A program made the position numbers and the translations under genes. From an uncultured bacterium (lineage in GTDB: Bacteria; Patescibacteriota; Patescibacteriia; CAIQCM01), in the NCBI GenBank assembly GCA_963708045.1, contig OY970181.1, forward strand, positions 451,740 to 515,739: 64,000 nt of DNA. Direction: 5' to 3'. This document shows, piece by piece, positions 39,208 through 49,404 of the stretch (position 1 is the first letter of the stretch; each line of letters opens with the position of its first letter). The notes under the pieces were generated by a model. The model was not told the DNA's origin. It searched no databases and was given only the letters and a program-made list of their open reading frames with translations.

Positions 39208-41019
39208 CTATATAAACAACCGCGCTAACCGTAACTCTTCAAAAGAATAATCTTCGCCTAGTATTTCGCGAACCATTGTTAGTGTCGTATTGTTTGGGTT
39301 TTTAAAAGCGTCAGCGATTTTATTAAGACGCTCGGTGGATGGTTTAAGATAATCAATATTTATGGATGGGTCGTCAAGAAAGAGTTTCTCAATATGGCCG
39401 ACAATGGTTCCGGGCGAGAGACCGCGTTTTAAACTAATCTCGTTCACTGACATTTTTTGCAACAAATATTTTTTTGTTTCATCATACGTTGAACCAGCAC
39501 ACATAAAGACGTTTGGTTTTTGTCCGTCGCGCGCGGCGGCGTAGCGCCGGATGGTCGTCATAAATAACTCGCCGTATTGGGAAAGCTTTTGTTCGCCGAC
39601 GCCGCTAATGTCCAAAAAGGCGTCATTAGTTTGTGGCAAAGAAGCGGCGATTGCTTTAAGTGTTCTGTCGCCAAAAATAATGTATGGCGGAACGCCCAAA
39701 CGGCGCGCCTCTTGCATACGGATACTGCGCAATTCTTCAAAAAGCGCCGGATCGTAATCGCTTACGATCGCCGTCGTCCGCGTTTTTCTTGACCGATCGT
39801 CGTCATAAATTTTCTCCGACATCACAAGCGGCGCAAATTTTATACAGCCGTCACAATTTCCGCAATTATCAAGCAGATATTTTTCGTGAAAATACTCAAG
39901 CAAATACCGGCGGCGACAGCTTTTTAAATATCCGTAATCAATAACCTGTGCCAATTTTAGCTGCGCCTGACGGCGTTCGGCGTCGTCGGTAATACTGTTG
40001 ATGAAATATTCCTGCTTAAATTTGTCGGCAAAAGAAAATAACAGAACGCAGCGCGCGGGCAAACCGTCGCGCCCAGCGCGGCCGGTTTCTTGATAATAAC
40101 CTTCAATGGATTTTGGTAGGCCGTGATGGATAACCAAACGCACATCGGGTTTGTCTATACCCATACCAAAAGCAATCGTCGCGACCATAATATTTATTTC
40201 GTCTTTAATAAATCGCTCCTGATTTTCTTTGCGCGTTTCCGGAGCCAGCCCGGCATGATACGCCGCCGCCTTAAACCCGTGTCGTTCCAAATTTTCAACT
40301 AACTTTTCCGTATCGTTTCTGGAAAAACAATAAATGATCGCGCTTTTGTCGTGGTAATCGCGCAAAAGCGCCAAGACCAAGGCAAGCGAATCTTTCTTTG
40401 GCAAAACTTCGTAACTTAAGTTGGGGCGATTAAAACTTGAAATAAAAATCTGCGGATCTTTAAGTCCAAGTTGTTTAATTATATCTTCCCGTACTTTGGG
40501 AGTGGCGGTGGCGGTTAGCGCGATAATTGGAACTTTTGGAAACAACAAACGCAAGGAACGCAAATTTCTATAATCCGGGCGGAAATCATGTCCCCACTCG
40601 GAGATGCAGTGCGCTTCGTCAATGGCAAACAAACTAATCTTTAATGCGCGGAGAAAATCTTCAAATCCGGTCGCCGGAAATCTTTCCGGCGCTACATATA
40701 AGATTTTCAACCCGCCGTTTAAGGCGCGTCCCATCACTTCCCGAATATCTTCGGGTGACAGCGTGCTGTTGATGAGCGCCGCGGGAACGCCGTTTGCCGA
40801 GAGCGCATCAACCTGATCTTTCATTAAGGAAATGAGCGGCGAAACAACTACGGTCAGACCTTCTTGTATTATGGCTGGCAGCTGAAAACAAAGCGACTTG
40901 CCCCCGCCCGTTGGCATAAGGACGACGTTATCCCGCCCAGCCAGGACATTGTTGATTATGTCTTGTTGGAGCGGGCGGAACTCATCGTACCCAAAATATT
41001 TTTTAAGTGTTTTAAACAT
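39208..41019 (-). CDS. recQ: ATP-dependent DNA helicase RecQ
   Basis: FGYDEFRPLQQDIIN, PTGGGKSLCFQLPA, DEAHCISEWGHDFRPDY, zinc-binding Cys cluster and a C-terminal HRDC-like region. Confidence 0.9.
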   Translation of the reverse strand: MFKTLKKYFGYDEFRPLQQDIINNVLAGRDNVVLMPTGGGKSLCFQLPAIIQEGLTVVVSPLISLMKDQVDALSANGVPAALINSTLSPEDIREVMGRALNGGLKILYVAPERFPATGFEDFLRALKISLFAIDEAHCISEWGHDFRPDYRNLRSLRLLFPKVPIIALTATATPKVREDIIKQLGLKDPQIFISSFNRPNLSYEVLPKKDSLALVLALLRDYHDKSAIIYCFSRNDTEKLVENLERHGFKAAAYHAGLAPETRKENQERFIKDEINIMVATIAFGMGIDKPDVRLVIHHGLPKSIEGYYQETGRAGRDGLPARCVLLFSFADKFKQEYFINSITDDAERRQAQLKLAQVIDYGYLKSCRRRYLLEYFHEKYLLDNCGNCDGCIKFAPLVMSEKIYDDDRSRKTRTTAIVSDYDPALFEELRSIRMQEARRLGVPPYIIFGDRTLKAIAASLPQTNDAFLDISGVGEQKLSQYGELFMTTIRRYAAARDGQKPNVFMCAGSTYDETKKYLLQKMSVNEISLKRGLSPGTIVGHIEKLFLDDPSINIDYLKPSTERLNKIADAFKNPNNTTLTMVREILGEDYSFEELRLARLFI

Positions 41020-41313
41020 ACGGCGATTATATCATTATATTTAAGACTGCACCGCGTGAGAGGCGACCACTAATCCATAATAGGGGAACGAAGCGTTTTT
41101 GTGACAAAAATGTTATACACAACTAACACACTCTTTCAGTCACGTTGATTTTTGTTGATTCTATTAAGTTTTTAATGAACGCGGGCTGTTAGCAAATGCT
41201 AACAAATAAACCCGACTTCATTTTCTATATTGTATTAACCAAGGGGCTTGAAATATTTATTAAAAATTGCTAAGGTCTGGCCAAGCAAATGAACCCTAAC
41301 AACTTGCTGGGAG

Positions 41314-42060
41314 ATGCCGATGGATATCACCGCTCTGTTCGCAAAATTGCATGAATCGCCTATTTACCACAGCGAGATCATCACCAAAGCTCTCGCGCTC
41401 AAAGGTATTCCGGCGGATAGCGCTTTGCTAGACTACCCACTTCTCCGAGAGTACCACTTGGATTCCGAACATTTACGCGTTCTTGCTCGCCACAACATTC
41501 GCGCGAGCGAGACTCGCGATCAGCTGATACTAACCGACGATGATGTTAAAGAGCCTGAAATAAACGGCGAGCCGTTCCTGAATGCTTGGGTTTTCAAGAG
41601 ACACTCCGATCCCAAAGACGACGATTTCCGGATCACCTTATATCTCAAGCTCTACATTGACTCAATGGATGAGAAAGGTGTCACAATCGTACCGATCTCC
41701 TGCGGACAAGAAGAACAAGGGATTTGTCAGGCCTCCAACAGAAAGATGTTTGATATTCTCGTTGGCAACGATCCTAATCCGCCGGCATACGCCGTCCAAT
41801 TCACCGGTCTCACGCGCGCGTCGCACCTAAGTTGGCAAAACCTTGGCCACGAGAATCTTAAGAGCGTCTTTACGCTCTTCCGTATAGTAACCAAAGGCAA
41901 TCAATTTCTTGCGGAGTTGGCAACCAAGGGTGTCTTAAGCCCAACATCAGAAAAGAACGATGGCCGCGGCTTGCCCTATCACGGGAATGATACTCAAACT
42001 ATGCTCATAGCGCATTGGCGCGAGCAGCTTGAAGTTTACAAGTCCAAGCTCGTCATCTAG
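41314..42060 (+). CDS. hypothetical protein
   Basis: 248 aa ORF; no recognisable motif. Confidence 0.45.
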   Translation: MPMDITALFAKLHESPIYHSEIITKALALKGIPADSALLDYPLLREYHLDSEHLRVLARHNIRASETRDQLILTDDDVKEPEINGEPFLNAWVFKRHSDPKDDDFRITLYLKLYIDSMDEKGVTIVPISCGQEEQGICQASNRKMFDILVGNDPNPPAYAVQFTGLTRASHLSWQNLGHENLKSVFTLFRIVTKGNQFLAELATKGVLSPTSEKNDGRGLPYHGNDTQTMLIAHWREQLEVYKSKLVI

Positions 42061-42124
42061 TCCGATGAAATTCCTAAAACGCGAACCACTTCCCTAAGTG
42101 GTTCGCGTCTTTCTTTTTTTCTTT

Positions 42125-42168
42125 GTCATTGCGAGGAGTGAGCCAAAGCGAACGACGCGGCAATCTCC
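42125..42168 (+). repeat. REP-like repeat family C, copy 3
   Basis: gtcattgcgaggagtgagccaaagcgaacgacgcggcaatctcc. Confidence 0.65.
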
Positions 42169-42264
42169 TCGGAAGGGGACATGACACTTCACCGTTCTTA
42201 ATGAATGAAGGGTTTTGAGGTGTGAAAGTCGGAAGTGAATTTAAATTGGACTTGACCCCATTTC

Positions 42265-42597
42265 TTATTTCTTTACAGAAGACAGCTCTTTGTCTGTGAT
42301 CATTATTAGGTCGCGCAACTTTTTTCCGTCATCCGTATCCTCAATCAAGAAATGCAGCTTTGCTCCGGGGTATGGCGATTGTTCGTCAACCGTGCCGAGA
42401 AAATCCTTTCCCATTCGCGTCGGCCTGATATAAAGCTGGTTGTCACAGATAAGCGCAACAACTTTCTTGTTGCGATAGATCGCACAACCCCCGAACATGT
42501 ATTTGTGCGAAATATTCCCGACACTATGGATCTGATCAATGACGAATTCCACGAACGACTTGTCCAACGTTTTCTTTTTGGGAGATATGTCTTTCAT
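42265..42597 (-). CDS. TfoX/Sxy N-terminal-domain protein (competence-regulator family)
   Basis: KYMFGGCAIYRNKKVVALICDNQLYIRP matches TfoX_N (MFGG.g.Y.dg..Falv.dd.LYlK). Confidence 0.55.
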   Translation of the reverse strand: MKDISPKKKTLDKSFVEFVIDQIHSVGNISHKYMFGGCAIYRNKKVVALICDNQLYIRPTRMGKDFLGTVDEQSPYPGAKLHFLIEDTDDGKKLRDLIMITDKELSSVKK

Positions 42598-42705
42598 AAT
42601 GATTCTCGGTGATGCGGACGCGGTGTTAACAAAGATATTATAGTACAAAACCAACATTGGCTGATAGTCATTTTTGAGGTGTATGAGTCGGAGCTAAAAA
42701 TATTG

Positions 42706-43071
42706 TTATGGGCACCCTTTTCGGTAACTGGTATCTACAAATTTAACGTTAAAAAAAGTATATAGCTCAACCTTAATATACCCGCATAGCTCGTCAGTAT
42801 CGCTGTCGGTAATTAGTATGCGTCTAGTAAGTATGTCTTGACCCAGACGGCCGATACCGTTATTAGAATGGAAAAGAAAGCCCACCGTGCTGAGATCGTT
42901 TTTCGTGATGTTTACGTTTGTTGTTTTGTCAACAAAAATTGGACCGGCTAACCCCCCAAACGCACCGACCTTTTCACCGTTTGGCGATGTCCAAAATGCT
43001 AAAACTAATAACAAGGCGAAGACCGCCAGACCTATAAATATTTTTGCCTCCAGAGATATTTTGCTTTTCAT
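42706..43071 (-). CDS. hypothetical membrane-anchored protein
   Basis: TM helix IFIGLAVFALLLVLAFW; bracketed by family D repeats. Confidence 0.45.
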   Translation of the reverse strand: MKSKISLEAKIFIGLAVFALLLVLAFWTSPNGEKVGAFGGLAGPIFVDKTTNVNITKNDLSTVGFLFHSNNGIGRLGQDILTRRILITDSDTDELCGYIKVELYTFFNVKFVDTSYRKGCP

Positions 43072-43311
43072 ATTTGATGCGTGTAAATAAATGTAAATGG
43101 CTAAATGGGGTCAAGTCCCATTATATTAAAGATGTTTAAAAATTGGACTTGACCCCATTTCGTATGGTTTGATATTACCCCTAGAAATTAAAAAAGACCA
43201 ACATTGCTGCTGATCTTCTTAAACGGTGAGTGTAGGATTTGAATAAACCGAAACAGGGCATGTCCCCATTTATATACTCGATTATCCAAGGTGCCTGACC
43301 CCATAAAAATT

Positions 43312-44976
43312 TTACTCAACAAAATAAGTTACCACTTTCCCATCCTTACGAATTGAATTTTGGGCCAGCCCTAATTTGATCTGAACTCCCTTTCCCTTGA
43401 AGGCTTCAGCCATTTTTATAACGGAAAGAATATCCGGCGCGACCGGAATTTTATCTTCAGGCATCTCAACGGCATCAGTATGAGAGAAGCCAATCGTGAG
43501 AATATATTTAGTTTTCCCATCCCTCTCATCTTTTCTTACCTCGTGAATGTTAACGGCATGTATCAGCGAAGGATAATCCAGGCTGAATTGCGCTCGAACT
43601 TTCTTGTGCTTACTTTTTAGCAGTTCTGGATCTTCAATCATCAATTCCCCACCATCCTCACTTGAGGATATTTTACCCCCATGATTTTTTAGCCATTCGA
43701 TAATGACATCCATCAGCTGATCTTTGTCTTCAGCAATAATGTTAAAAACGGTATTGTCCTCAATGGGTATATAATGCTCATTTACTTGCTGCATGGTGCG
43801 ATAGCTCTTAAGCCTCCATTGTCCTAAATCGTATTTTTTGATAGCAGTTTCGGCATCAGCAATTGATTCTGCCAATGTTTGCGATCGGTTAATTTTTAAC
43901 TCACGGACAAAATCTTCTTCCGATAATATTCCGGAAGCCAACGCTTCTTTTAATCGTGTGGCCTGAATAAATTGATTTTCTCTCGGATCACTTAGATATG
44001 GTAAACCAGTTTCTACCGGGAACGACTCAACTCTCTCAACCAAATCCTCTAATTTCTTTTTCTCTAAGCGCTCCACTGGAAAGATATTTTCCAATGGATT
44101 ATACAGACATTTTCCTTGTTCATTATAAACTGGAATCTGCTCGTTTTTTGGCAATAGTTTATTCTGGACATTAATAATGTGTTCTAGTGCCGCTTCTTTT
44201 GTTGGTGGGGCATCTCCACGCCTATTTTCCCTCATGTCGTCCGGTATAACAATCGCGTTAATCGTTTTACAGCTTAAAAGTTGACGATAGGCGCGTTTAT
44301 CTTTTTCCTTGTCATCCGGCAAAAATTCACCAGCCTCATATGTTTTTTTACCATCTTTGCCCACATAACTTTTTTCTCCTTTGAATTCGGGGATTAAAAG
44401 TTGTTCTGGTTCCGGGAAGTTTTCTAATTTGCCCCAATCCGCATGGTCAATGCCGTAAAATTCTATTCTACCTAGGTCCTCATGTAAGTCACCATCGCCG
44501 TGTCTAACTAATATTTCACCACCAACACCATTAGTAACCCGGCCGCTAGTAAGATTAACCACGCCATTTATTAAATTCGGCCACAATTTTTTAAAAATAT
44601 CTGTAACAAAAATAATTTGGCCACCAAATATTACTCTATCTTGGCCAAACCCAATTTTAGTGTTATGACCAGAGTTATCAACCGCTGGAACACCAATAAG
44701 ATTAAAATCTACATTATATTTTTCTATCCCATCTGGTAGACGATACCACCCCAATCCTTTAGTAAGAATGCCTTCGAGATTACTTAAATCACTACCGTGT
44801 ACAGCTAACCCATCCTCATTAATATTGAAGGACTCTATTGCTTCTGGCGAGCGCAATTTTAATCTCTCAAGCAAAAGATAACCCTCTTGTTCCTTGCTTA
44901 CTTCTGTGGGTTCCTGGTTTTTTTGATTCGACTCCCGCTCCGAATCCTGTGAGAATGATTCTATCTCTCTTGGCAT
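43312..44976 (-). CDS. hypothetical protein (554 aa)
   Basis: Long ORF with no recognisable motif; flanked by direct family D repeats at 43256-43279 and 45002-45029. Confidence 0.5.
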   Translation of the reverse strand: MPREIESFSQDSERESNQKNQEPTEVSKEQEGYLLLERLKLRSPEAIESFNINEDGLAVHGSDLSNLEGILTKGLGWYRLPDGIEKYNVDFNLIGVPAVDNSGHNTKIGFGQDRVIFGGQIIFVTDIFKKLWPNLINGVVNLTSGRVTNGVGGEILVRHGDGDLHEDLGRIEFYGIDHADWGKLENFPEPEQLLIPEFKGEKSYVGKDGKKTYEAGEFLPDDKEKDKRAYRQLLSCKTINAIVIPDDMRENRRGDAPPTKEAALEHIINVQNKLLPKNEQIPVYNEQGKCLYNPLENIFPVERLEKKKLEDLVERVESFPVETGLPYLSDPRENQFIQATRLKEALASGILSEEDFVRELKINRSQTLAESIADAETAIKKYDLGQWRLKSYRTMQQVNEHYIPIEDNTVFNIIAEDKDQLMDVIIEWLKNHGGKISSSEDGGELMIEDPELLKSKHKKVRAQFSLDYPSLIHAVNIHEVRKDERDGKTKYILTIGFSHTDAVEMPEDKIPVAPDILSVIKMAEAFKGKGVQIKLGLAQNSIRKDGKVVTYFVE

Positions 44977-45096
44977 ACTATTTTATTTAAAAATTATAAT
45001 CAGGGACATGACCCCTTATTTATACTCTATACAAAAACTCCGCGCCAGAGCGTGGAGTTTTTGAACGGTGTGTACCGGTCTGGTACCAACCTGCTG

Positions 45097-45128
45097 GCTT
45101 GCCATAAACCCCATGCGGTTTGTGGCGG
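45097..45128 (+). repeat. att-like direct repeat (distal end of the tRNA-Ser-associated island)
   Basis: gcttgccataaaccccatgcggtttgtggcgg; 29/32 identical to 50731-50762, which overlaps the 3' end of tRNA-Ser(GCU). Confidence 0.6.
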
Positions 45129-45314
45129 TATTATAAGGTGTTTTGAAGGCTTTGGCCAATGGCGATTTTGAGGTGTGTAGGTCGGCGGTCGGATTTCAAA
45201 ATGAGACAAATGAGACACTTTAATCGAGTTTTTTGGAGTGTCTCACTTTGGGCTTTTAAGCCATTTCTTTTTAGCTTAAAAGGAGTATCCTTTATTAGGA
45301 AAGATTGGATTTTT

Positions 45315-45494
45315 ATGAAAAAAATAACGGATAAAATCGAATACCTCCTCCGCCAAAAGAGGCGTTCTAGGCGTAGTGAAAAAGCGCGATTACGGCACAG
45401 AAAAAAACAGAAGCGAGTAAGGCGGCTTCTTTATAAAAGAAGCTGGGATAATCGTAAAAAATTTTTAAAGGAATTTTCGAGCATTTGGAGATAA
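45315..45494 (+). CDS. small highly basic protein (59 aa; doubtful)
   Basis: MKKITDKIEYLLRQKRRSRRSEKARLRHRKKQKRVRRLLYKRSWDNRKKFLKEFSSIWR; Arg/Lys-rich; could be a spurious ORF. Confidence 0.3.
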   Translation: MKKITDKIEYLLRQKRRSRRSEKARLRHRKKQKRVRRLLYKRSWDNRKKFLKEFSSIWR

Positions 45495-45528
45495 CCGCGT
45501 TCGTGCACCGAAAATTTTTTCTTTATTA

Positions 45529-46410
45529 TTGAATACTGAGGAAACCGTTCGTTTCCTGCAACGAATTAATGCGTTATGGCAAAAGAGGGAGTGCGTTTTT
45601 GTCGCGTTAAAAGATGTAGAGATCATTGACCATAGCGCTACGACGGTGCTCCTTTCTTTAATACACCGTTTTCGCGTCGCCAATATTAAATTCAATGGCG
45701 ATTTTCCTGCAAACCAAACCGCGAATACGATTATTCAGGAGTCTCAATTTTTTGAAAGATTGAACATGGTTCGCCCGAGTAGCAAGGATTACACCATTAA
45801 ACGAAACAACCAAATTATTGGAGAGGCTGGTACGCAGACGATAGACCCGAATACCTCTTTGGCGATATGCGATGACGTATCGCAAACTATTACAGGGTCG
45901 TCAAAATACGTGTTCCCAACACTGCACCCGATGTTTATGGAATTGATGCAAAATACGTATGAGCACGCGGGAGAACACAAAGGAACCGTCCATTGGTGGT
46001 TATCAACAAATCATGATAAAGATAATAAAACCGTGTCTTTCCACTATATAGATTACGGTTGCGGCATAATCGACAGCGTCCTAAATAAGGAGAACAATCG
46101 TATTGCAAAAAAGTTCAAGAGATTGGCTTTTTCATTATTCCAAAAAGATCAATTTTCTAATATTATTTTGCGCTTGCTGAACAATGAACACCGTGAATCG
46201 CAAACCGAATACTACAGGGGGAAAGGAATTCCGAGCTTAAAAAAATCCCTTGATAATAAACGCTTAAAATGCTTAAATGTTGTTACTAACAGAGCGGTAG
46301 TCGATGCTGGCAACGGCGTAGCCAGAGATCTCAGCGAGGATTTTACTGGCACATATATTAGCTGGATGCTTGATAAAGATTGTGAGAAAAAAATATGGGC
46401 GAAACAATAA
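45529..46410 (+). CDS. GHKL/histidine-kinase-like ATPase-domain protein (RsbW-like kinase fold) with an about 120-aa N-terminal extension
   Basis: N-box ELMQNTYEHAG, G1 box IDYGCGIID, G2-like YRGKGIPSLKK; TTG start on the track. Confidence 0.5.
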   Translation: MNTEETVRFLQRINALWQKRECVFVALKDVEIIDHSATTVLLSLIHRFRVANIKFNGDFPANQTANTIIQESQFFERLNMVRPSSKDYTIKRNNQIIGEAGTQTIDPNTSLAICDDVSQTITGSSKYVFPTLHPMFMELMQNTYEHAGEHKGTVHWWLSTNHDKDNKTVSFHYIDYGCGIIDSVLNKENNRIAKKFKRLAFSLFQKDQFSNIILRLLNNEHRESQTEYYRGKGIPSLKKSLDNKRLKCLNVVTNRAVVDAGNGVARDLSEDFTGTYISWMLDKDCEKKIWAKQ

Positions 46411-46730
46411 AAACTTCCGTTAAAGATTTCTCATACACCCCCGGACCACGAAACAAAAGGGAGGGTGATTTTTCGGCCGAGCTTTTTTTGGAAACGATTC
46501 TGGAACCAATATTCAAACGAATGGATGCGGACAAAGATTTAAAATTGGAGATTAATCTCAATGGTACCTTAGGCTACGGAACAAGTTTTCTTGAAGAAAT
46601 TTTTGGCGGAACCGCGCGCAATAGAGGCGTTGATTTTGTGAGAAACCGAATAGAGATAACATCAAATGAAGAGCCGTGGCTGAAAGATGAAATAAAAGGT
46701 TATGTTGATGATGTTGAAAAGCATACTTAA
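46395..46730 (+). CDS. DUF4325 / STAS-like domain protein (partner of the GHKL ATPase)
   Basis: LKLEINLNGTLGYGTSFLEEIFGG matches the DUF4325 core I.LDF.GV....SSFL.E.FG; 16-nt overlap with the upstream ATPase gene. Confidence 0.5.
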   Translation: MGETIKTSVKDFSYTPGPRNKREGDFSAELFLETILEPIFKRMDADKDLKLEINLNGTLGYGTSFLEEIFGGTARNRGVDFVRNRIEITSNEEPWLKDEIKGYVDDVEKHT

Positions 46731-47328
46731 GTGGTTAATCAGCCCGATATTATTTTTGCTCTTGGGAATCTGCATTGGCTCTCCTGTTTGGTTGCGCCAT
46801 GCTGAATGGCTGAAATGGAGCGAGCTGGATCTGTCAAACACCCTATCGATATTAGGACTTGTCATAAATACGATTCTCGCGGTCGTCATCGTGCTTGTAT
46901 TGCAAAGATTGCAAGATATCCAACGCGTAGAGAAAAACATACTCATAAGCCGGCTCGAGGAAGAACTTAAGTGCATTAAGGATTTTGTCGATGGTTGTTG
47001 CGTGAGCGGCAATCCAGTGGATTTTTCTTCCGTCACTAGTTTTTTTAAAACGATAAATATTCGAATTAGCAAAATCACCGATACTCACAGTAATTGCAAA
47101 AAAGAAACTGATGATTTGTTTGAGGAGACCTTGGCTTTAAATTCTTTATTGACAGACCCTAAAGGAACAGACGATTTGAAAATTGACAATAATAAAATAT
47201 CAATAACGCCCAAAAGGATACAGGAGATAAAAATACAGATTGCCGAAGTTCAAAACCGAACTCTGGAACTTATCATTTGTATTAATAGACAGGCCACCAA
47301 AAGAGGCCGAACCAAAGAAAAGAAATAA
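46702..47328 (+). CDS. membrane-anchored coiled-coil protein
   Basis: Two N-terminal TM helices (ISPILFLLLGICIG and LSILGLVINTILAVVIVLVL), then a charged helical region. Confidence 0.45.
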   Translation: MLMMLKSILKWLISPILFLLLGICIGSPVWLRHAEWLKWSELDLSNTLSILGLVINTILAVVIVLVLQRLQDIQRVEKNILISRLEEELKCIKDFVDGCCVSGNPVDFSSVTSFFKTINIRISKITDTHSNCKKETDDLFEETLALNSLLTDPKGTDDLKIDNNKISITPKRIQEIKIQIAEVQNRTLELIICINRQATKRGRTKEKK

Positions 47329-47369
47329 CGGTAAACTTGCGAGGTTCTTTATTTAAAAGCTTTCCATTT

Positions 47370-48011
47370 TTAATGGAAAGCTTTTAAATATGGCCAGATT
47401 AAATATTTGCTGAGAATTTCTTTAGGATTATAAACTTCATACCATGGCTTCATTGCTATGGTATTTGGGCTTTCATTAAGAGGGACGGAGACGTATTTCA
47501 ATAATTTTTTAGGAGGTAGGATCCCCGCGTTGTCTTTTATCGTTAGTATCATGAAGCCGTTTTTAGAAACGGTTCTGGCTTTTAAAACGCCGTCGCGCAC
47601 GAGCTTTTTAACGGTCGGAGCTTTCAATTTCAAATATATATCGAGATCGCTTGAAGAGTACCAGCTTTCGTTGTTGCGGCAGGCACTGCCGGGGAGCTCT
47701 TTTTTGTTGACGGCATGTTGGCAAGCTAGGCATTTTTTACCCCACTTATCGTACCAAAGTTCCTCATTCTTTATTTGGGCCGAACAAATGGCGCAGCTAT
47801 ATGTCCCTCCGTTCATGATATGAAAACCATTGGGAGAAGTTTTTAATTTTTCTTTAAGCTGTCGTTCTCGTAAAGAACAATCGAATAGCACCTTGAAAAG
47901 ACCTATCAACCTATTTGCGGATTCGGTTGCTTCCTGACGGCTTATTTCCGTGCCGTACGTCTTTTTGTAAATTTCTTGGAATTCGTCAATTGCTTTTTCA
48001 GGTAGCAGCAT
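47370..48011 (-). CDS. zinc-ribbon-containing hypothetical protein
   Basis: CAIC...CLAC Cys4 pairs; 4 nt downstream of the HEPN-like gene on the same strand. Confidence 0.45.
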   Translation of the reverse strand: MLLPEKAIDEFQEIYKKTYGTEISRQEATESANRLIGLFKVLFDCSLRERQLKEKLKTSPNGFHIMNGGTYSCAICSAQIKNEELWYDKWGKKCLACQHAVNKKELPGSACRNNESWYSSSDLDIYLKLKAPTVKKLVRDGVLKARTVSKNGFMILTIKDNAGILPPKKLLKYVSVPLNESPNTIAMKPWYEVYNPKEILSKYLIWPYLKAFH

Positions 48012-48015
48012 AAAA

Positions 48016-49032
48016 CTATTGTTTTGGTTTTATAACGACCCTACCCAGTAGAACAAGGTAAAGATATAAAACCAACGTGGTATTTTCAAAATTACATTCC
48101 ATTGGTTCGATTTCACCGTGCGCAATTTTGTGCCTAATTCTATATCCCATTTGTTCAAATAGAACGAATTTTATTTGCCTGCAGAAGTCTTCGCTCCACG
48201 CCTTCTTAAATTCCTCTGAATCCAAATCCATTTCCGATAAGACTTTTGTTCTCGTTGCAATTCCTTGTTTTTGGTCTAATGCCACGATGTTAATACCTAG
48301 TCTCTCAGAGATTTTTAAGAAAACGTTTTCAAATTGCGGTACAAGAATATGTAACGCAGAGACATAATCGCGATCGAAATATTTCTGAAGGCCAACCAAG
48401 ATTATTTTAAGATTTTTATCCTCAAAAATTCTAGCCTCAGAAAAATATTCAGATAACTCCTTCATGTTTAAATTTATGCCGTGAGGTTTGTTTTCCATAA
48501 GTTCATAAATGACTCTGCCTAGATAAAATCGCATCACTAACTGTTGATGAAGATTATACATATCGATAAACCAAGAATACCTCCCGTCAGAACCCCCGCG
48601 CAAAATATGCCCATTATTGGAAATGGTTGACATGCTCGTAATCTGGCGAAAGATAGACATTTCCCCACTGGCCTGTTGTTGCATAATTGCTAATTTCGGA
48701 AAGAATAACGGACTTCTTCCTATCGCTCGTAAGATGGTTTTTAAGTCGCCCTGGTTTAAAAATTTCGTTATAAATTCCTCGCGCAATTTTATCTTATCTT
48801 CGGAAAGTGTTTGTGTAACAGAAAGTTCTTTGAAATCTTTGCCGGATGCCATCGATTTTTTGTTCATTTCGACAATTTTGTTTTTGCACAATGTTATGGC
48901 ATTGGATTTGCCCCGCTGTCCTATCGCAATCTTCAGCGCGTCTTTATAGAAAAAAGCAGCGCGAAAAAAGTCTTTCTGTTTTTCTGCTTCTTGGGCTTGA
49001 GAAAGCTTATTCTGCAATTCAATGTTATCCAT
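48016..49032 (-). CDS. HEPN-motif (Abi-like) protein, putative abortive-infection/RNase-type defence protein
   Basis: C-terminal Rx4HG motif GYRIRHKIAHGEIEP typical of HEPN (Abi_C/AbiD-like RN.IAHG); 338 aa. Confidence 0.4.
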   Translation of the reverse strand: MDNIELQNKLSQAQEAEKQKDFFRAAFFYKDALKIAIGQRGKSNAITLCKNKIVEMNKKSMASGKDFKELSVTQTLSEDKIKLREEFITKFLNQGDLKTILRAIGRSPLFFPKLAIMQQQASGEMSIFRQITSMSTISNNGHILRGGSDGRYSWFIDMYNLHQQLVMRFYLGRVIYELMENKPHGINLNMKELSEYFSEARIFEDKNLKIILVGLQKYFDRDYVSALHILVPQFENVFLKISERLGINIVALDQKQGIATRTKVLSEMDLDSEEFKKAWSEDFCRQIKFVLFEQMGYRIRHKIAHGEIEPMECNFENTTLVLYLYLVLLGRVVIKPKQ

Positions 49033-49404
49033 ATATGGGCTACATCATACACCCATAAAACCCACTTATCCACACGGTGTGCAAAAAGGCTTTTTTGAAG
49101 GTTTTTAGAATTCGTGAAAAACCATACTTCGAAAATCCAGATTTTAAGAGAAAAAATTAAAATTGATTTTGTAAGTCTTTACACTATTGACAATTTACCC
49201 AAATTAATCAAAATAGAGCCAAATATTGACTGTTTTTGGCACCGGACTTCATGAAGCGAAGGTGATATGACCATTCGCTGAAACAAAAAACTAAAAAAAG
49301 AAATAAATGGTCCCGTCCTATTCGTTAACTACTAATTAACATTATCCATTCTTTTAAATGACCAAAATAAATTGATTGTAAAATCAGAAAATAAGCGCGA
49401 CATG

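Noticed and set aside
43224-43240. 15/16-nt match (gagtgtaggatttgaa) to the tRNA-Ser 3' region as an alternative island boundary
   Set aside because: Shorter and less convincing than the 32-bp repeat at 45097; likely chance or an older remnant.
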